Below the pieces are notes generated by a model. It did not search any database. It saw only the letters and a program-made list of their open reading frames with translations, and was not told where the DNA came from. A stretch of DNA of 64,000 bases from an uncultured Planctomycetaceae bacterium (GTDB lineage: Bacteria; Planctomycetota; Planctomycetia; Pirellulales; PALSA-1355), in assembly GCA_963785305.1 (NCBI GenBank), contig CAWAUV010000005.1:512001-576000 (forward strand), in the 5' to 3' direction. Positions 57,386 through 64,000 of this stretch are shown here, in pieces. The translations under genes were made by a program, and so were the position numbers. The number at the start of each line of letters is the position of its first letter. Within the stretch, counting starts at the first letter, position 1.

Positions 57386-59995
57386 TCAGCCCAGCGAAAT
57401 ACGGCCGGCCATCTGCTCGATCTGGTCGACCAGCCGCGCCAAACCATCGCTCCGCCCCGCGCGCGAGGGATTCGATTTCCTCCGCCGGCGGCGCGAAGTC
57501 CGTGAAGCCGGCCATGCCGCCGGTGCCTTTGAGCCAATGGGCGAGCACCGCGAGCGAATTCAAGTCGCCATCGGCTAGCGCGGCCCGCATCTCGACGAGC
57601 TTTTCGCGCAGCCGCACCGCGAACATGCGCACAATGTCGCGAAAATCGTCGTCGTCCATCGGCAAGGTCGACACCAACGGCCGATCGGATAGCCGGCTCG
57701 GCGCCGGCGATTCGCCGGGCCAAGGCGGCGCCGCGGGCGAACCGGCGCGGATTGGCCGCGCTGGCGGCGAAGCGTCGGATGCCCGATGCCGGGACACATC
57801 GCGCGGCATTTCACATGGAATCGCGGCCACGGTTTCGAGCAGCAGGGTTTGATCGATCGGTTTCGAGAGATAGCCGGTGCAGCCGACTTCGAGACACCTC
57901 GCGGCGTCGCCTTTCATGACATTGGCCGTGAGCGCGATGATCGGCGCGGTGAAGCCGCGTTCGCGAAGTTCGCGCGTTGCCGTGTAGCCGTCCATGATCG
58001 GCATTTGCATATCCATGAGAATCAGATCGAAGGGCTCGAGCAGCGCGCGCTCGACGGCCTCGAGCCCGTGTTCGGCTTCCTCGATTCGCGCCCGGCGCGG
58101 CCCAGCACCAGGCGGATCAGCTTGCGATTCGTGTCGCTGTCGTCGACCACAAGCACGCGATGCTCGAGCGCCGGCAAGGGTTCCGGGCTGCGGGCGGGCC
58201 GATGGCCGGGGCTCTCGTGCGGCGGCGATTCGCACTCCGCGAGATGCTGCAAGGGTCCGGTGGCGATCTCGCAAATGAAGGTCGTGCCCTGGCCGAGCTG
58301 GCTCACGACGCGCACCGAGCCGCCAAGCTGCTCGGCCAACCGCCGGCTGATCGAGAGGCCGAGGCCGGTGCCGCCGTATTTGCGCGTGATCGAAGAATCG
58401 GCCTGCGTGAAAGGATCGAAGATCGACTCGAGCTGGTCGGAGGCGATGCCGATGCCGGTGTCTTGAATTTCAACCACCAGTCGGGCGCATGCGACATCGG
58501 CTCGACGATATGCGCCGTGAGCCGCACGCTGCCCTGGGGAGTGAACTTGATCGCGTTGCCGGTGATATTCATCAGCACCTGGCGAAATCGGGTCGGATCG
58601 GTGCGAATCGTCTGCGGCATCGCTCCGCGAAAAACCGCCTGCAAGCGCAAGCCTTTTTCGTCGGCCTTCGAGCGCAAAAGCGAACACACTTCGCTCACGA
58701 TCGCCACCGGAGAGCAATCGACCAGCTCGACACTTAGCTTGCCCGCGTCGATTTTCGAGAGATCCAAGATATCGCTGATCAACTCCAGCAGATGTTTACC
58801 GCCATTGTAGATGATTTCGAGCCATTCGTCGCGTTCGGCCTGATCCGTGTCGGCCCCCTGCCGCAAGAGATCGGCGAAGCCGATGATGCCATTCAGCGGA
58901 CTGCGAATCTCGTGGCTCATGTTCGCGAGAAACGAGGCGCGAGCCCGGCTCGCCGATTCGGCCCGCACCGATGCCTCCTGCAGGTCGGCCGTGCGTTCCC
59001 GCACCTTGCGCTCCAGTTCCTCGGCCGCTTGCCGCAGCACTTGTTCGCTGCGCTTGCTCTTGGTGATGTCGAACGCAATGCCCTGCAAGAACAGCGGTCG
59101 GCCATGTTCGTCGCGCACCAGCCGCGCTTCGCCGTGCACCCATACCTCGCGATTGTCGCGCGAGATAAAACGGTACTCGGAACTGAAATGCACGCCCGAG
59201 GAGCAAGTGCGGGCAAACTCGTCGCCCCAGCGCTGGCGGTCATCGGGATGCAGTTGGCGATGCCACAAAAACGGGTCGCCGAGCCATTCGGTTTGCGAGA
59301 AGCCCAGCAGTTGCTCGATCTGCGGGCTCACATAGATTTCGTTGCTGCTGTCGTCGAGCGGGGCCATGAAGGTCACGGCCGGAATGCCCTCGACCAGGGT
59401 GCGATAGCGGGCCTCGAGCCGTTTGCGATCCGACACGTCGCGGATCAGCGCCGCGGCCAGCAAGTGGCCGTCGACATCGAGCGGCGAAAGATGAATCTCG
59501 ACCGGAAACTCCCCGCCGCCTTTCTTGCGCCAAAAGTTCGAGTCCGCCATTCATCGGACGCTCGCGCGGGGCGGCGAAAAAGCTTGCTCGCTGCGCCGGA
59601 TGCCGTCGGCGAAACTTTTCGGGCAGCAGCAACTCGACCGGTTGTCCAACCATTTCGTCGCGGCGGTAGCCGAACAGCCGCTCCGTTTCCGTGTTGACGC
59701 GCACCATGGCGCCGCTCGAGTCGATCACGACCAGCGCGTCGGCGGCGGTTTCGAGCAAGCGTTCGAAATGCTCGATCCGCCAATCCAACTCCTCGCGCGC
59801 CGGCATGCCGGCCGCCGGCGAGACAAAATCGGCGCCCCCGTCAAAGGCAAGCCCGCCCTCGGGCATCGCGGCGCTCGATCCTCGCGCAGGGCCGAAAATC
59901 TGGCTGGCCATGCCCCGCAAGATCGCCTCGGCCTCTTCCAGCGAGCGCGGATCGTCGCTCATCGGGCGCGGCGGCATTTGGCTAAGTGGCGTCAT
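57386..59995 (-). CDS. hybrid histidine kinase PAS-PAS-HisKA-HATPase-REC-Hpt (several frameshifts)
   Basis: Two PAS domains, FLANMSHEIR, NAIKFT, GGTGLGL, MDMQMP, AHWLKG; reconstructed stop at 57386-57388. Confidence 0.88.
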
Positions 59996-60092
59996 GAACT
60001 CGGCGTCTCGATTGCTTCGGCGCTTGGCCCAGGATATCGAAGGGCGTCTTGACTCTAGAATCCGCGGGCCGAATAAAACGCGGACTCAATCG

Positions 60093-61863
60093 CTATTTCG
60101 GTTCGATGCCAAACATCGGCGAATGGTGGGCCTCGAGCGTCCGGCCCGGGCCCAGATACATGTGGACTCCGCACGGCAAGCATGGATCGAAACTGCGGAC
60201 CGTGCGGAGAATGTCGATGCCTTTGAAGTCGTCGATGCCGTTTTCCTCGAAGAGCGGGGTGTTTTGCACCGCGTCTTCGTAGGGGCCCGGCACACCGTTG
60301 GAATCGCGCGGACTGGCGTTCCAACAAGTTGGCGGATAAGGATGATAATTCGCGATCTTGCCATCGCGAATCACCACATGGTGCGACAAGATGCCGCGCA
60401 CCGCCTCATGAAAACCGCAGCCGATCGCCTCGGTCGGCACGGTGTAACTCACCGAGGTTTCGGTCCGTCCGGCATGGAAATCGGCCAGTGCCCGTTCGAC
60501 GAAATAGAGCGCCGCCGCCGCCGCATAGGCCTGGAAGTAGGTGCGCGCCGGCTCCGCTCGATCGTGTTGCTCCAGGCCGGCGTCTTCCACTCGAACTCGA
60601 CTTCGGGAAGGTTCATTGTCTTGGGCAGGTAAATCTTCACGCCGTGGCCCGTGGCCTGGATATAGCCGATATCGACTTTATTGGCTAAGGCCGTCACCCA
60701 GAGCCTCGCCAGGGGGCCGCCGCCGGTGTCGACCGCCAAGGTCTCGCCGCTCGCGGAATCGCGCCAGCGCGGCGACATGACCCACGTGTATTTGCCGGAG
60801 AAGTCGCGCGGCTGCGGCCGCGGCAAGGTCGACTGGTTCCAGGGATGCCGCTGATCGATCGGATTGCCCAAGGGGTCGTGCTTGACGAACGTGTCGCGGT
60901 TCCGCCAGTCGTCGTAAAACGAACTGCCGAGCAGAATGCGCATGCCGAGATTCAGCTCCACGAGATCGGTCGTGCGCAGCTTGCCATCGATCACCACGCC
61001 GGGCGTCACATACATGGCCCGACCCCAGTGGGTCATGGTTTCGTAGCGATAGTCGCAGACCTCGGGATTGTTGAATGAACCGCCGCAAGCCAAGAGCACT
61101 CGGCGGCGCCCGACCTCTTCATAGCCGGGAAGGCCTCGTAGAAAAAATCGAACAGGTCGTCGTGCAAGGGAACGACGCGTTTCATGAACTCGACATACTT
61201 GAGCAGCCGAATCAGATAATCGTTGAAAAGTTGGACGCTCGGCACGGTTCCAACACCGCCCGGGTAAAGTGTCGAGGGGTGCGCATGGCGGCCTTCCATG
61301 AGCGAGAACATTTCCCGCGTGAGGCGGCTCATTTGGAGCGCTTCGAGATAGAATTTGCCGGTAAACGGCGTGAGCGAGCGCATGATGTCGGCGATCGTGC
61401 GATAGCCATGCAAGTCGGCATGCGGCGCGGAGGTTTTTTCGGCCCTGCGCGAGAGCGCGGGATTCGTCTCCCGCACGATCTGTTCGCAGTAGTCCACGCC
61501 GACCAAATTGTCTTGATACAGACAATGGTCGAACATGTACTCGGCGGCTTCGCCCAGATTGATGATCCACTCGGCCATCGGCGGCGGACACATGCCGAAC
61601 GCCATGTTTTGCGCATAGCAGGCGCAGGTCGCGTGGTTATCGCCGCAAATCCCGCAAATCCGGCTGGTGATCAAATGCGAGTCGCGCGGGTCCTTGCCCT
61701 TCATGAACACGCTATAGCCGCGAAAAATCGACGAAGTGCTATGGCATTCGGCCACCACCCGATTCGCGAAGTCGATCTTGGCGTGGATGCCCAAGCTTCC
61801 CACGATCCGCGTGATCGGGTCCCACGACATCGTGACGAGCTTGGAATTCGACGCGGCGAGCAA
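60093..61863 (-). CDS. hhyL: group 1h [NiFe]-hydrogenase large subunit (two frameshifts)
   Basis: MSWDPITRIVGSLG, L1 RICGICGDNH, L2 SFDPCLPCGVH. Confidence 0.9.
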
Positions 61864-61929
61864 TGGCTTGGCGATGAGATGATCCTTTCGACGAACAATG
61901 GAGGAACGCGACTACTCACGCGCTGCCGT

Positions 61930-63057
61930 TCACCGGAGCATTGCGAGCAACCGGGCGCCGCCGCCCGGCGACTCGGCGCCTTCCACGCCGCTCCCCACGT
62001 CCGCGCGAGAACCGCTCGAGGCAGTGCCGGCGCCGCGCCATTCGGGCTCGCGATTGAGCGAGGCGCGGGTAAAGTTCCGCAAGGCGCGCACGGTTTTGCC
62101 GTACATGACCACCGCCGTGGTCGAAAGCTGTGCGCCGGGTGGCTCTTCGAAAAACGGCATGAACTTATCGGGAAAGCCCGGCATCGTGCAACCGATGCAC
62201 ACTCCGCCCACATTCGGGCAGCCGCCGATGCCATTGATCCAGCCCCGCTTGCCGACATTGCATTGCACGACCGGCCCCCAGCAGCCGAGCTTGACGATAC
62301 ACTTCGTGGAACCGGCTTCATATCGCCCAGCGAAATCGGCTTGCTCGTAAAAACCGCCGCGATCGCAGCCCTCATGCACCGTGCTGCCGAAGAGCCAAGT
62401 GGGCCGCAGTTGCGCGTCGAGCGGAATCATCGGCGCCCGGCCGGCCGCTTGATTCAGCAGATAGAGCACGACTTCCATGAAATTATCGGGCTGCACCGGG
62501 CAGCCGGGCACGCACACCAACGGAATCTCGCACGAAGATCGCCAGTTCCACCCCAAGTAGTCGGCCAGTCCCATTGCGCCGGTCGGATTGCCGGCCATGG
62601 CGTGAATGCCGCCATAGGTCGCGCATGTGCCGCATGCCACCACGGCCCACGCTTTTGGCGCGAGGCGGTCGATCCAATCGCAGGTGGGAATCGGCTGGCC
62701 GGTCTTGGCATCGGTTCCCAGGGCGGCCCAATAGCCCGAGAGCTTATTTCGTTCGTTGGGAATCGAGCCCTCGACGACCAGAATAAACGGCCGCTCGAGA
62801 CGTCCTTCGCCCGCCTGATAAAACGGCGCAAGAAACTTCTCGCCCACTTCGATCGAGAGCACCGGATGATGCAATGTCACCCGCGGCAGGCCCGGAATGG
62901 CGCCGAGCAAGATATCTTCCAGGCTCGGCTGGGTGGCGGCGGTGATCGCGATTGAATCGCCATCGCAGCCGAGGCCAGCCGTAATCCAGAGGATATCGAC
63001 CGCCGCGACCTCGGGCTGATGTTGCGTCGTGCGTCCGTGAAACCCAGAATCCTTCAT
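61930..63057 (-). CDS. hhyS: group 1h [NiFe]-hydrogenase small subunit
   Basis: LWITAGLGCDGDS, GTCATYGG, PGCP, HEGCDR, KLGCWGP, GCPNVGGVCIGC; no Tat signal. Confidence 0.9.
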   Translation of the reverse strand: MKDSGFHGRTTQHQPEVAAVDILWITAGLGCDGDSIAITAATQPSLEDILLGAIPGLPRVTLHHPVLSIEVGEKFLAPFYQAGEGRLERPFILVVEGSIPNERNKLSGYWAALGTDAKTGQPIPTCDWIDRLAPKAWAVVACGTCATYGGIHAMAGNPTGAMGLADYLGWNWRSSCEIPLVCVPGCPVQPDNFMEVVLYLLNQAAGRAPMIPLDAQLRPTWLFGSTVHEGCDRGGFYEQADFAGRYEAGSTKCIVKLGCWGPVVQCNVGKRGWINGIGGCPNVGGVCIGCTMPGFPDKFMPFFEEPPGAQLSTTAVVMYGKTVRALRNFTRASLNREPEWRGAGTASSGSRADVGSGVEGAESPGGGARLLAMLR

Positions 63058-63184
63058 GGGCGCCGCCTTGCGAGAACCGGGGAGAAAGGAATCGACGCGT
63101 TCAGGCGCAATCCCCAGAACGTGGAATGCCGTTTGTTGTAGCCCAAGGCGCCATAAACTTCAAGGAGAAGCGACGCATTGCTGT

Positions 63185-64000
63185 TGTCAACCATTAGAAA
63201 TGTCCCTATTGGGCGTTCAATAGAAATGTCCCCGTTGGTTAAAGGGTTGAAGGGGTTTTTGGAAAAGGAAAAATTGGCTGCTATCACTCCGGCTCGCTAG
63301 CGCTCGCCTCCGTGATAGCAGCCAATTTTCGCGGCCGGGGGTCGTCATCCGGTGGCGACAAGATCGGGCTCTTGGAAGGTCGTGGGAGCGCGTTTCCGGC
63401 CCCGCCAAGGGTGGTTGGCGGCTGGGCGTTGGCCTTGGCTCGAACCGGTCGGTCCGGTCCGTTGCGGACGCTTGCGCGCCGCCGGCGGACGAACGTCAGC
63501 CGCTGTCCAAGTCCACTCGCGGCCGCCCGAGAAAATCCGCAGCCGCCCATCGGGCTGTTGGCACACCTCCACTTTCTGGCCGGGCTGGACGAAAGGCGCC
63601 GACTCGGCGGGCAATTGCAAGAAACGGTTTCGCCAACGCACCGTCCAGTCGAACTGCACCGTGCGCAGTTCGCGCGCCGAGAGAACCCGATCGAGATCCA
63701 CGCCCGCCGGCAGCGGCCGATGGGCGTCGCTGGGATCAGCCGCCGATCTGCCGAACTGCGTATTGAACTCGCCCAGGAACGTCTCTTCCAAGAACGCATT
63801 GGCGCTCGTCAGGTCGCTGATTCCGAATCGCCGCAAGGCCTTGACCAGCCGATCTTGCAACGTGCGGTTGACCCGCTCGACGCGACCTTTCGCCTGGGGG
63901 CTGCGGGCCAGGATCAGTTCCACGTCCAGCTCGCGCATGGCCCGGCCGAACTGCGTTTCAGGCCGCTTTCCGCGGGCCAGCTCCTCCGGCGTCGGCTCGC
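63185..64000 (-). mobile_element. ISNCY/IS1202-like insertion sequence (partial, runs off the window)
   Basis: TGTCAA terminus at 63185 with TAGAAATGTCCC repeated at 63195 and 63221; transposase ORF. Confidence 0.8.
63345..64000 (-). CDS. ISNCY transposase, C-terminal part
   Basis: TQFGRAMREL, ARSPQAKGRVERVNRTLQDRL, PAANHPWR. Confidence 0.88.
   Translation of the reverse strand, partial: EPTPEELARGKRPETQFGRAMRELDVELILARSPQAKGRVERVNRTLQDRLVKALRRFGISDLTSANAFLEETFLGEFNTQFGRSAADPSDAHRPLPAGVDLDRVLSARELRTVQFDWTVRWRNRFLQLPAESAPFVQPGQKVEVCQQPDGRLRIFSGGREWTWTAADVRPPAARKRPQRTGPTGSSQGQRPAANHPWRGRKRAPTTFQEPDLVATG

Overview
High-GC bacterial chromosome segment, most likely Planctomycetota (Pirellulales-like), inferred from protein styles and gene content. 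Many conserved genes (lpxA, metH, nagB, RND permease, hydrogenase large subunit) are split by 1-nt frameshifts, which points to long-read indel errors rather than mass pseudogenisation. From left to right: a lipid A cluster (Gfo/Idh/MocA gnnA-like, lpxA, lpxC, skp) and proC; an AT-richer island (~6.3-12.8 kb) with an aGPT-Pplase3-like DNA-modification gene, a HEPN-motif protein, a complete IS3, an IS1380 and an orphan transposon end; a sulfatase, a symporter and an esterase; a ~9 kb co-oriented cluster at host-like GC (csrA, small membrane protein, papain-like peptidase, thioredoxin, MauG-like di-heme protein, secreted proteins, glycosyltransferase-like gene, TerS-like HTH gene, terminase large subunit with intact motifs, HTH) with no portal, capsid, tail or integrase gene, which is the best candidate for an undescribed system; a VWA gene; a TolC/RND efflux set; tRNA-Arg(TCG), rph, VanZ, HtrA, sulfite reductase and metH; a P-loop/ExeA/GT39 operon; nagB; and a REC-HD-GYP gene facing a PAS hybrid kinase that lies directly downstream of a group 1h [NiFe]-hydrogenase, with an ISNCY/IS1202-like element at the right edge. 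All family calls come from recognising motifs by eye; no searches were run.
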